Made by a program: the position numbers and the translations under genes. From contig CAVXMV010000005.1 of the NCBI GenBank assembly GCA_963763125.1, positions 1,609,739 through 1,673,738 on the forward strand: a stretch of DNA of 64,000 bases, in the 5' to 3' direction. Positions within the stretch are counted from its first letter, which is position 1; every line of letters begins with the position of its first letter. Of this stretch, positions 46,161 through 55,173 are shown one piece after another. Source of the stretch: an uncultured Chloroflexia bacterium. Lineage in GTDB: Bacteria > Chloroflexota > Chloroflexia > Thermomicrobiales > UBA6265. Under the pieces are notes generated by a model that saw only the letters and a program-made list of their open reading frames with translations, was not told the origin of the DNA and did no database searches.

Positions 46161-47888
46161 CTACGGGAACTCGATTGCGTTCTGGATCTGGCGGCGCGCG
46201 CCGCGCTCCGATGCATAGTCCTCGTACGGCACGTCCTGTGAGATGATCAGCACCGATTCGCCCTCGACGATGTACTGGCAGTGCACGAAGTGCGCCCACT
46301 TCTCGCCGTCGGCCCCGGTATAGGTGAAGAGCGCGTAGGCGCTTCGATCGTCGGCGCCCTGGAACGGCTCACCGGCGGACGTGGAATCGAGCCGGATATC
46401 GGCAAACGCCGGATCCTCGACAAGCAGGTCGCGGGCGAACCCGATGCACCCCGGCAGGTTCCCTGTGTACGCATCGGTCGCATGCACGGAAACGATGCTC
46501 AGCCCATTGGTGAGCACCAGCATTTCGTCGCCATCGGTCACGGTGTCGTCTTCCACTGTCCAGTCGGCGGGAACCTCCAGCGTGAACCCGAACGATGGAC
46601 TCTCGAAGGTGTTCCCGGTGAGACCTGGCTGCCCACCCGGACCCTCTGGCGCCTCTGCCGTGGCTTCTTCGGTCGATTCCTCAGTCGCTTCGGCGGTGGG
46701 TTCTTCGGTCGGGTCCGGAGCGGCATCCGGGGTAGGCTCGTCCTGGATTGCCCCTGTGTCGAAATCCGGCTCGGCGAGTTCGATTGGCTCAAGGGGGTCG
46801 GTTCCCTCCGGCATCGCGATCGCATTGGTGATGTCGAGAACGGCGGCGATGTGGTCCTCGTACATGTCGGGTGTCGTCGTCGCGAAAATCTCCATCGTCG
46901 ACAGGCCAGGTTCCAGGGTCCGGCATTCGATGTAATCGACCAGCTCAATGGCATCGTCGCCAAACGTCAGGGTGAAGACGCTGTAGGCGACGCCGTCGCC
47001 GCCGCCGCTAATCGGCTCGCCATCGGCGTCGACCGCGGTCTGCCAATCGCTCACCTGTGGGTCGTCGTTGCTGTAATAGTCGTCTTCGCCCTGAAGGCAG
47101 GCCTCGGCATCGCCTCCATAAAAGTTTCCGGAGAGGATGGAGAGTGCCCCCTGCTCGCTGGAAAGACGCAGTTCGTTGAAGCCACCTTCGCTGGTTCCAC
47201 CCGTCGCTTCCCACTCGTCCTCATCCCAGGTCACCGTGAAACCGTGATCGGGGCTGGTATAGGTGTTGCCATCTATTCCGCTGTCGCCGCCCGGTTCTTC
47301 AGTCGCTTCTTCGGTCGGGTCTGCCTCGGGGGCTTCGGTTGGGCCAGCGGCTTCCCCCGACAACACCGGTGAGCCGTTGAGCGTGATGCCCCCCTGAGCT
47401 GTGGTCAGCGCCGTCTCGTAATCAATTTCGCGAGCGACGAGCGAGACGACGACCACGGCATCCTCAAAGGTTTGGACTTCGAGCAGGATGTGGTCGAGAT
47501 CGGCCGTCAGCTCGACCGACGGGATCTCGCCCTCGCGGTCCTCCGCGATGATTTCGACCGAATCGGCGCTCTGCGTGAAGAGCTCAATCGTTTCGTCGAG
47601 GAACTCGGAGGCCGTCAATTCATTGCCCTGTCCGGCGAATCGCACCCGGCCATCGTTGTTGGACAGGGTCATTTCGTCGAGCCCGCCCTGATCTGAGGTT
47701 GCATCCCGCTCGAGGGCCGCCCATTCTTCGTTCCATTCAACGAGATAGCCAAACTGCGGGCTCTCGTAGGAATTGCCTTCGAACTGCCAGCCGGGACTCT
47801 CCTGAGCGGACCCCAGGGTGGGCAATATCGCCAGCATCAGGGCAATCAGTCCACCGAGCGACTGTTGGGACCGTATGCGCATCGTCAT
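46161..47888 (-). CDS. Secreted protein of unknown function with three homologous ~150-aa modules
   Basis: It has the signal peptide MTMRIRSQQSLGGLIALMLAILPTLGSAQE. The modules open with GNSYESPQFGYLVEW, GNTYTSPDHGFTVTW and GNTFESPSFGFTLEV. They are separated by acidic P/T/E-rich linkers. Confidence 0.75.
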   Translation of the reverse strand: MTMRIRSQQSLGGLIALMLAILPTLGSAQESPGWQFEGNSYESPQFGYLVEWNEEWAALERDATSDQGGLDEMTLSNNDGRVRFAGQGNELTASEFLDETIELFTQSADSVEIIAEDREGEIPSVELTADLDHILLEVQTFEDAVVVVSLVAREIDYETALTTAQGGITLNGSPVLSGEAAGPTEAPEADPTEEATEEPGGDSGIDGNTYTSPDHGFTVTWDEDEWEATGGTSEGGFNELRLSSEQGALSILSGNFYGGDAEACLQGEDDYYSNDDPQVSDWQTAVDADGEPISGGGDGVAYSVFTLTFGDDAIELVDYIECRTLEPGLSTMEIFATTTPDMYEDHIAAVLDITNAIAMPEGTDPLEPIELAEPDFDTGAIQDEPTPDAAPDPTEEPTAEATEESTEEATAEAPEGPGGQPGLTGNTFESPSFGFTLEVPADWTVEDDTVTDGDEMLVLTNGLSIVSVHATDAYTGNLPGCIGFARDLLVEDPAFADIRLDSTSAGEPFQGADDRSAYALFTYTGADGEKWAHFVHCQYIVEGESVLIISQDVPYEDYASERGARRQIQNAIEFP

Positions 47889-48074
47889 TCCTTCTTTCCT
47901 CATGCCGGGCAGATCGATACGCCAATTGTACGCGGCGCGGCACAAACGCTGGATAGCGATCGCTCCGAGTCTCGGATGATGTTGCTTTGGCACGCGCCTG
48001 AATGAGGTTGATTCCATCCAGCCCAAGGCAACGTGGTATACCTGTCGCCCAAACGATGGAAACAGGGGCAAGCA

Positions 48075-48860
48075 ATGGGTAATGATCGTCTCACGGCGGC
48101 TGCCATCCACGCTCATGATCGACAGCGAATGCTCCCGGTTCAGGTGCGGCGGACCCTCATCAAGGAGCTTGCCGAGATGATCCGTGGGCATCAGCCGTGC
48201 CTCGACGCCGGAGCGGGAACGGGAATGATCGCCATACCACTGGCAGATGCCGGCATCGAGATGGTAGCGATTGACACGTCTTCGGATATGTTGGACGTCT
48301 TCCGCTCACGCCTGCCAGATGGGATGCATCTGCCGCTGATTCAGGCAGATATCCAAGCATTGCCATTCCACGACGCCGCATTTGGGTCGGCCCTCGTCGC
48401 GAACGTCTTTCATCTCGTTCCGGACTGGAAGCGGGCGATGCGCGAGTTGTCACGCGTGCTTCGCCCGCAGCGTCGCCTTCTGGTCAATCTCGGTGGCGCC
48501 GGATCGTACCCGGATGATCTCCTCCGGATCGAGCGGACGTTTCGCGCATTGGCGTCACCTGGGCAGACGGCCGGGACACACGCCAGTGGACCCAGGGACG
48601 CGGAAGAATTTGATGACCAAGCTGCGATCCTAGGATTTGAATCGCTTCCGCTCCTGGAAGTGGAATATACAGAGCAACTCACTCCTGAATCAGTTATCCA
48701 GAGGTTGGAGCAAAACGTGTTTGCATGGCCGCAAGACGTGACCGGGGATTCAATCCAGCATGCTGCTGAGCGCACGCGAGCATGGACGAGAAAGGAAATC
48801 GGCCCGTTGGACCGCCCATATAGTCGGTATCAGCGAATTGTCTATCGCTGTTACAGGTGA
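48075..48860 (+). CDS. Class I SAM-dependent methyltransferase
   Basis: The start is MGNDRLTAAAIH. Motif I is CLDAGAGTGMIAIPLA, and the post-I acidic residue is in MVAIDTSSDML. Confidence 0.8.
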   Translation: MGNDRLTAAAIHAHDRQRMLPVQVRRTLIKELAEMIRGHQPCLDAGAGTGMIAIPLADAGIEMVAIDTSSDMLDVFRSRLPDGMHLPLIQADIQALPFHDAAFGSALVANVFHLVPDWKRAMRELSRVLRPQRRLLVNLGGAGSYPDDLLRIERTFRALASPGQTAGTHASGPRDAEEFDDQAAILGFESLPLLEVEYTEQLTPESVIQRLEQNVFAWPQDVTGDSIQHAAERTRAWTRKEIGPLDRPYSRYQRIVYRCYR

Positions 48861-49405
48861 TCGCCTTGTCGCCGGAATGGGTCCTTGCTGTTCGTCATTC
48901 CTATTCGAGGATCGAGCGCAATCGGCTGATCCGGGATCTCGCCGGCCAGCAACGGGGCGAGGAGTTCCGCCAGGCCCTCCGGAAAGAACACGTCACGGGA
49001 TTCCCGGAGAGCGGCCAGGGACCACCAGCGCTGCTGCTGATAGACGGCGCGTTCGTAGTCGAGCTGATTGTCGTTAGTCATCGTGATCCCATGTGCGCGA
49101 ACGACATAATATCGCTCGACGCTGCGCCTCGGTTCACCGAACAGCATCCCATCCTTCGTTCGCGACCACACCCACGGGCCGAGTTCGACACCGACGATGC
49201 CAGTTTCTTCCCACAGTTCCCGCAACGCGGCGGCCTCCCACGTTTCGCCCGGATCAAGCCCGCCGCCAGGGGTGACCCAGTACTGACGAAGTTCGGGGTT
49301 CGCGGGATCGGCCGGAACCTGGTCCTCGTGTTTGAACAGGAACACCTCATCGCGCTCGTTGAGGATGATCAGCCGCGCCGATTTGCGTATGGTTAATTCC
49401 GGCAA
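48851..49405 (-). CDS. NUDIX hydrolase
   Basis: The Nudix box GGGLDPGETWEAAALRELWEETGI is present. The gene overlaps the convergent methyltransferase by 10 bp. Confidence 0.85.
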   Translation of the reverse strand: MPELTIRKSARLIILNERDEVFLFKHEDQVPADPANPELRQYWVTPGGGLDPGETWEAAALRELWEETGIVGVELGPWVWSRTKDGMLFGEPRRSVERYYVVRAHGITMTNDNQLDYERAVYQQQRWWSLAALRESRDVFFPEGLAELLAPLLAGEIPDQPIALDPRIGMTNSKDPFRRQGDHL

Positions 49406-49450
49406 GGTTCAGGATCTCCGCAGATTCGCAGGCTACCAGCCCTCACTCGC

Positions 49451-49666
49451 TTACTCGCCTGGTTTCCTGCCGCGATATGCGCTCCATGCCTGCCACAGCA
49501 TCACTATCCCGATCACCACCGCGATTCCGGTGATCCACCAGTTCCTCTGGTAGATGCCCCAGCCAATCAGGGCGATGTTCAGCACGAATCCGGTGCCGAC
49601 CATCGCGAACAGCGCGCCGGCACGGTCTTTCAGTGAGGGGTGGTCCTGATTTGGGTCATCGATCAT
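49451..49666 (-). CDS. Small membrane protein (two predicted TM helices)
   Basis: 71-aa ORF with GALFAMVGTGFVLNIALIGWGIY and WWITGIAVVIGIVMLWQAW. Third codon positions are GC-rich, and AGGGTGAG lies upstream. Confidence 0.55.
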   Translation of the reverse strand: MIDDPNQDHPSLKDRAGALFAMVGTGFVLNIALIGWGIYQRNWWITGIAVVIGIVMLWQAWSAYRGRKPGE

Positions 49667-49880
49667 GCTGGCTCACCCTGCTTTCGAGTAACTGGAGCGT
49701 TCCTGGGATCCGACACACCATCTACCCTATCATCGCGGCCTCCGTTTCGGCGTGCCAACCAGGCGGAATCGTCGATACTCCGTAAGGGCGAGATATCATA
49801 CCGGCTGATGTACATGGAACAATCACGGTCCCAACCATTGACGTTGATGCTTGTCCTTCACGGGCAGGAAGAGAGTCGAG

Positions 49881-50774
49881 ATGATCCCCGACACCCAGAA
49901 TGCCGATGACGTGATCCGTCGCCTTGTCCTCTGGGCCGACCGGCAGGACGACGTGCGCGCGATGCTCCTCACCAGCACACGCGCCATTCCCAACGCCACG
50001 CTCGACGCCTTTTCTGACTACGACGTCATTCTCGTGATGCGCGACATTCACCCATTCGTGACAGACCGGAGCTGGACTGGAGACTTCGGCGATGTGCTTG
50101 TGGCGTACTGGGATCCCTTCGACATCGATCCCGACACTGGAGTCGAGCAGTCAGGCAATGTCGTCCAGTATGCGGATGGCCTGAAGATCGACTTCACCTT
50201 CTGGCCCGTCGCGCAGTTGGAACGAATAGCCCGTGGCGCAGACCTGTCTGCGGAACTCGATGCCGGGTACCGCGTGCTGGCCGACAAGGACGGCCTGACC
50301 GCTGACCTTCGCGCGCCGACCTACACCGGGTATATTCCTGACCGGCCCGACGAGGCCACCTATCTCACGAATGTCAACGACTTCTTCGTAGGAGTGCCGT
50401 ATGTGGCGAAGTGCCTCCTGCGAGACGAGCTTCTGCCCGCCAAATGGTGCCTGGATTACGACATGAGGGACGTCTATCTCCGGCCGATGCTGGAATGGCG
50501 GGTGGAGTGCGACCACGACTGGTCGGTCCCCGTGGGAGCCCTGGGCAAAGGGTTGAAGCGGCGCCTGCCGTCCGGAATTTGGGCAGAGGTGGAGTCCTCC
50601 TACGCCGGAGCCGGGATCGAGGACAATTGGGAGTCCCTCTTCCGGATGATCGCCCTTTTCCGCCGGGTCGCGCGCGAGGTCGCCGCGAACCTCGGCTACA
50701 CCTATCCCGAGGAATTTGACAGCCGGGTCACGGAGCACGCTCGCCGCATGCGGGAGACGGATTTGAGGAGCTGA
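49881..50774 (+). CDS. Aminoglycoside 6-adenylyltransferase (ANT(6)/AadK-like) family protein
   Basis: MIPDTQNADDVIRRLVLWADRQDDVRAMLLTSTRAIPNATLDAFSDYDVILV...DGLKIDFTFWP...FFVGVPYVAKCLLRDELLPAKW...LFRMIALFRRVAREVAANLGYTYPEEF is colinear, from memory, with the streptomycin adenylyltransferase family. Confidence 0.75.
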   Translation: MIPDTQNADDVIRRLVLWADRQDDVRAMLLTSTRAIPNATLDAFSDYDVILVMRDIHPFVTDRSWTGDFGDVLVAYWDPFDIDPDTGVEQSGNVVQYADGLKIDFTFWPVAQLERIARGADLSAELDAGYRVLADKDGLTADLRAPTYTGYIPDRPDEATYLTNVNDFFVGVPYVAKCLLRDELLPAKWCLDYDMRDVYLRPMLEWRVECDHDWSVPVGALGKGLKRRLPSGIWAEVESSYAGAGIEDNWESLFRMIALFRRVAREVAANLGYTYPEEFDSRVTEHARRMRETDLRS

Positions 50775-51667
50775 CTAACTGGAGGTCAGGACGCGATCCA
50801 TCGGCGGGTAATCTCGCGCACCGCCGATGTGGGCCACCAGCATCGACATGTCGTTGTTTCGCACCCCGATCAGCGCCCATTCCAGTTCGAGGCAGGCCGC
50901 CCGGAACCGTGCACGCTCGTAGAGGTCCGCCGGGAGGGGATAGCTGGTCGAATCTGGTCCACAATACGGCCGCCGTAATGCACCAGCAGCGTGGCGATGT
51001 CGGTCGCCGGGTCGCCCATCCCCGCCGTCCCGAAATCGATCACGCCTGTAAGCGACGGAGCATCGGGATCGAGCAGGATGTGATACGGCGCCAGGTCGCC
51101 ATGGATCAGGACGGGATCGACCTCCACCTCCAGTCGCCCCGAGACGACCGGTGCGAACAGGTCGCGCACCGAATGCCGCTGGTGCTTGAACAGCAGTGGG
51201 AAGATGATGTCTTCGATCTGCTCGTAAAACGCCAACCAATCCGCTGTCGCACGCTCCGAATCCGACTTGCCGATCTGGGGCAGGGTATCGCCCGGGATCG
51301 CGTGGAGGTCGCGCAGGAAGGATCCAAGCTGGTCGAGCACGATCTGGCGATGTTCGGGCGTCATCCAGAACAGGGATTCGCGGGAAAGCGGCTCGCCCCG
51401 GATCATCCGGTAGCTCGACACCGACGCATCGTGCCGCACCTGATAGGGCACGGGTACGGCGACACGGTTCCTGATCGTGTCCAGCAGCGCCACCTCATTC
51501 GCCAGCGATTGCCGACCCCAATCGGTCTTGGGGAAGCGAAATACGGTCTCGCCATTGACGATCACCACGTCATTGATCATGCCTTCCTGGTTGACCTCGA
51601 CGCGGTCGATAGTCAGGTCAGGCGCAACACGCCGGATTGTGTCCAGAAACTCCGCATGGTCATTCAT
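50775..51667 (-). pseudogene. Aminoglycoside/choline-kinase-type phosphotransferase (APH family), one frame change
   Basis: The gene starts MNDHAEFLDTIRRVAPD. The catalytic loop is LIHGDLAPYHILLD and the metal-binding motif is VIDFGTAGMGDPATD. The C-terminus ...TSYPLPADLYERARFRAACLELEWAL... lies in another frame from ~50947 (one missing nucleotide). Confidence 0.75.
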
Positions 51668-51720
51668 GACGACTCCTCTACGCCAGAGTATTCGCCTGGC
51701 AGGCCGGATGGCCGGAATTC

Positions 51721-52626
51721 TTATGTCGTTCCAGGTGCGAGGTGCGAAAGCGTCCGGCCCCAGCGAGGCACGACCAGCAGATGCCCCACACCGGGCGTCA
51801 TCTCGACCCGGGCGCGTGGGAGGTTTTTCTGCCACCAGGTAGCGTGACGACTGCTGGCGACCGGGTCCTTCGAACCGTATATCAGGAGCACCGTGGCCTG
51901 CACATCAGACAATTCGAATCCCCATGGCTGGAGCGTGAAGCCTAGGATGTCGTCAACCATGCCGATGAACCCTTGAGCGAACGCTTCCTGCATCATTGCA
52001 TCGAGCCGGTCGCGCACGCCAGGCTGAGTCACTATTTCCTCGTCGGCGTCCCCGACCGCCAGCATCGGAAGCCATTGCTCCGAAGTCAATGGTCCGGGAA
52101 ACGCCTGCGACATTTGATCCATCATGATCGAGCGGGCCTCGGTTGGCGAGGAGCCGCGCAGTGCGGCAATTGCGCCGCGCTCGTCGTCTAACATCCAGGG
52201 AACGTGTTCATCCGGGGCAGGAGTGCCGATCAGCACGACCCGATCGACGAGTTCCGGTGCGCGAGCTGCGAGGGCGAGGGCCACTCGCCCACCCGCGGAC
52301 CACCCGGCGACACCGACGGACTTCGCATCGACCTTGCCAAGGATTTCGAATATGTCGCTTGCGGCTCCGGACACGGTGGACCATTCGTCAGGATCGACCG
52401 GATCGGATACACCGACTCCGGGTCGATCGACCGCGATGAGCCTGATGTCGCGCTTCGCGGTTTGGAGGGGATCGGGATCGAATGCGCCAGACCCCGGCGC
52501 AGGGTGGCAAAACACCACCGTTCGTCCGGCCGTTGGGTTACCGGACATGTGAACTCCACCACCCCTGCCCGAATCAAGCTCGATGCGCTCCATTGTCGAT
52601 GGCATGGCAGTACTCCTCATTCGCAT
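51721..52626 (-). CDS. Alpha/beta-fold hydrolase
   Basis: The nucleophile elbow GVAGWSAGGRVALA (G-x-S-x-G) is present, with the C-terminal His context PGVGHLL. Confidence 0.8.
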   Translation of the reverse strand: MRMRSTAMPSTMERIELDSGRGGGVHMSGNPTAGRTVVFCHPAPGSGAFDPDPLQTAKRDIRLIAVDRPGVGVSDPVDPDEWSTVSGAASDIFEILGKVDAKSVGVAGWSAGGRVALALAARAPELVDRVVLIGTPAPDEHVPWMLDDERGAIAALRGSSPTEARSIMMDQMSQAFPGPLTSEQWLPMLAVGDADEEIVTQPGVRDRLDAMMQEAFAQGFIGMVDDILGFTLQPWGFELSDVQATVLLIYGSKDPVASSRHATWWQKNLPRARVEMTPGVGHLLVVPRWGRTLSHLAPGTT

Positions 52627-52711
52627 GGCGGCTCACGAAGCACAGTCTATCGATGCACGTGGTCAGGAGTGGTCCGCATTCGCTTATCGGGAAAGCTTGT
52701 ACATTGGCGGG

Positions 52712-53761
52712 TTATGCGCCATGTTTGGCCACCTGGCTGTTCGGGCCGGGAATCAGGGCGACCATCGCATCGCCAAATGCCGGGACATGATCGGCGATCG
52801 CGGCCTTTACTTTTTCGGAAATAGCCGCCGCATCTTCGATCGACAGTCCCCGATCGACAATCACATTGAGATCGGCGTGCACCTTGTGCCCGAGCCATCG
52901 GGCCCGCACGTTGTCGACACCCTGCACCCCATCGACGTGCATTGGAGCATGTTCGATTTCGGACAGGATTTCCGGCTCGATGCCATCCAGCATGCGCCGG
53001 AAAATGGACGCGCTCGCGCCCTTCAGGATCACCAGGATCGTGATCGTGATCGCGAGTCCGATGATCGGGTCGAGGATCGGAGCACCGAGCATGGTCCCGA
53101 ACACCGCGATCAGCACCGCCAGCGAGGTGAAGCCGTCGATCCGCGCGTGCTGGCCATCGGCGATCAGCGCCGCCGACCCGATCTGCCGGCCAGTTCGGAT
53201 CTGCAGCAGGGCAACCGCTTCGTTGCCAACGAATCCGACGATCGCGGCCGCGGCAACCCATCCGAGATAGTCCATCGGCTGCGGATCGATGAGCTTCCGG
53301 ATCGACTCATACCCAGCCACCGCCGCCGAGATCGCGATTGAAAGCACGATCACCATCCCGGCCAGGTCCTCACTTCGGCCATAGCCATAGGTGAATCGTC
53401 GACTGTTGGCCTTGCGTTGCAACCAGAACGCGAGGAGTAGCGGAATCGAGTTCGCTCCGTCCCCAAGGTTGTGCACGGTATCGGCGAAGAGGGCGGTTGA
53501 TCCGGAGAACCACACGATCACGATCTGGATCACAGTCGTTATTGCCAGGCTGACCAGTGCCCATTTCGTCGCCCAGAATCCGCGCTCGCTCGATTCCATG
53601 ACGTCGTCGACCTTGTCATGGACATCGTGACTGTGGGCGAAGGTGTGCCGGAGCCAGCCCAGAACACCTGGCTGGTGTTCATGATCGTGATGGTGCGCAG
53701 CGGGGCCATGATGGTGATCGGCGTGATCATGATCGTGGGTGTGAACGTGCTCCTGGGACAT
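52712..53761 (-). CDS. Cation diffusion facilitator (CDF) family metal efflux transporter with His-rich N-terminus
   Basis: The N-terminus is MSQEHVHTHDHDHADHHHGPAAHHHDHEHQ. The TM2 motif is LFADTVHNLGDG and the TM5 motif is LIADGQHARIDG. Confidence 0.85.
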   Translation of the reverse strand: MSQEHVHTHDHDHADHHHGPAAHHHDHEHQPGVLGWLRHTFAHSHDVHDKVDDVMESSERGFWATKWALVSLAITTVIQIVIVWFSGSTALFADTVHNLGDGANSIPLLLAFWLQRKANSRRFTYGYGRSEDLAGMVIVLSIAISAAVAGYESIRKLIDPQPMDYLGWVAAAAIVGFVGNEAVALLQIRTGRQIGSAALIADGQHARIDGFTSLAVLIAVFGTMLGAPILDPIIGLAITITILVILKGASASIFRRMLDGIEPEILSEIEHAPMHVDGVQGVDNVRARWLGHKVHADLNVIVDRGLSIEDAAAISEKVKAAIADHVPAFGDAMVALIPGPNSQVAKHGA

Positions 53762-53781
53762 CGTGAGCCTGCTCCCTGACG

Positions 53782-54072
53782 TCAGCGAATGAAGGTGTCG
53801 AGCGCCTTTTTCAACCGGACCCATTCCTCATCCGCCACACCGTTGCTCGCCGCCCCGCGCAGGCACGATTCTACGTGATCCTCGAGCACGATCCGGGCCG
53901 CGCGATCGATCGCGGCGCGCACGGCCGCGAGCTGGATCAGGACATCGGGGCAGGACCGGCCTTCCTCTACCATCCGCTTGATGGAGGTCACATGACCGGC
54001 AGTTCTGGCGAGTTGATCCATCACGACCTTGGTTTGCTTGTGTTCATGCGTCGCGTAGTGATGCTCAGTCAT
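53782..54072 (-). CDS. CsoR/RcnR-family metal-sensing transcriptional repressor
   Basis: The sequence is MTEHHYATHEHKQTKVVMDQLARTAGHVTSIKRMVEEGRSCPDVLIQLAAVRAAIDRAARIVLEDHVESCL. Cys and His-x4-Cys ligand positions are present. It lies 21 nt upstream of the CDF gene. Confidence 0.85.
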   Translation of the reverse strand: MTEHHYATHEHKQTKVVMDQLARTAGHVTSIKRMVEEGRSCPDVLIQLAAVRAAIDRAARIVLEDHVESCLRGAASNGVADEEWVRLKKALDTFIR

Positions 54073-54320
54073 TTGTATCCCCTCCAGGGGGATATGGTAG
54101 CTGGATGCGGACCTGTGCGCAATGGGCGCGCGCAACTTCCGATTCATATCGAACGACGTAGGGCTGCCAACCTGGCGCCTGTCCAGAGCGCAGCGTGGGC
54201 AGTGAAGCGAGTCGGCCCAGAGGGTCCCTGGTTCCGCCTGAATGCGCAGGCCGGGGTGTTACTCACCCGTCACGTTCCTGGCGGGGATTTGCTACGATAG
54301 ACGCCACAGGAGAAACCGCC

Positions 54321-54599
54321 ATGGCATTGCAGATCAGTCCCAGAATCCAGGCCCAAATCGTCGAAATGGTCGCCCGGGGCGACTACCCTGACGCCGACTC
54401 GATGCTCGAGGAAGCGCTGGAATTGCTCGCCGAACACGAACATCTGGTTCGATTGCGAAATATGATTGCGATTGGTGTTGATCAGGCAAACCGCGGCGAG
54501 GTTGTCGAATACAACGAGCAGTTCCGCATAGACGCCAAACGCGAGGCCTTGCGACGCTTCGCAGAGGGTGAGTTTGCGGGCCCTGATGTCCGGCCGTAG
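54321..54599 (+). CDS. parD: ParD-family (ribbon-helix-helix) antitoxin
   Basis: 92-aa protein MALQISPRIQAQIVEMVARGDYPDADSMLEEALELL.... It overlaps the downstream toxin gene. Confidence 0.7.
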   Translation: MALQISPRIQAQIVEMVARGDYPDADSMLEEALELLAEHEHLVRLRNMIAIGVDQANRGEVVEYNEQFRIDAKREALRRFAEGEFAGPDVRP

Positions 54600-54912
54600 A
54601 TGGCAAATTGCGTTTACCAACGAGGCAAGACAGGATTACCAGGAGATTCTGGTTTACAGCCTGGAGATGTGGGGTGCCGATCAGTTGGATCGGTACGAAG
54701 CGACACTCGATTATGCGATACGCCGAATGCGGGAGTTCCCGGATGCGGGCCGCGACTGCACCCAACTCATGATCGGCGGTCGCTGCGTTCGTGCCGGTCA
54801 TCACATGATCTACTACACCGTCTCCAATGACACGATTACCATCCATCGCATCCTGCACGAACGGCGCCATGTAACGTCCAGCCTGATGGAACCGCTGGAA
54901 CCGGAAGAATAA
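54586..54912 (+). CDS. parE: ParE/RelE-family toxin
   Basis: MSGRRWQIAFTNEARQDYQEILVYSLEMWGADQLDRYEATLDYAIRRMREFPDAGR...HHMIYYTVSNDTITIHRILHERR shows the typical ParE pattern. It overlaps parD by 14 nt. Confidence 0.75.
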   Translation: MSGRRWQIAFTNEARQDYQEILVYSLEMWGADQLDRYEATLDYAIRRMREFPDAGRDCTQLMIGGRCVRAGHHMIYYTVSNDTITIHRILHERRHVTSSLMEPLEPEE

Positions 54913-55094
54913 TCGGGGTGAAGGATGGAGATGCAAGGCGCCCATCGTGACCAGCCAGATTCGGGCGAACACACGAATCGACCAGATCCGGAAGGGGACG
55001 TTGTCGTTCGCGGTTGATTCGCCCCGCTGGATGGTCCGCCGCTACACGTTTCGCTGCCCGCGGCGCACATACATATCTACATCACCCGGTGAAT

Positions 55095-55125
55095 GGAAGA
55101 GGCGGTCCATTGGACCGCCACTTCC
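55095..55125. terminator. Hairpin family E copy 1, downstream of the multicopper oxidase gene
   Basis: ggaagaggcggtcc-attg-gaccgccacttcc lies 49 nt after the stop at 55174. No clear U-run follows. Confidence 0.4.
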
Positions 55126-55173
55126 GTAGAGAAAGAGGATAACTACCTCACCCGCCCGTCAGGCGCTGTTCGA

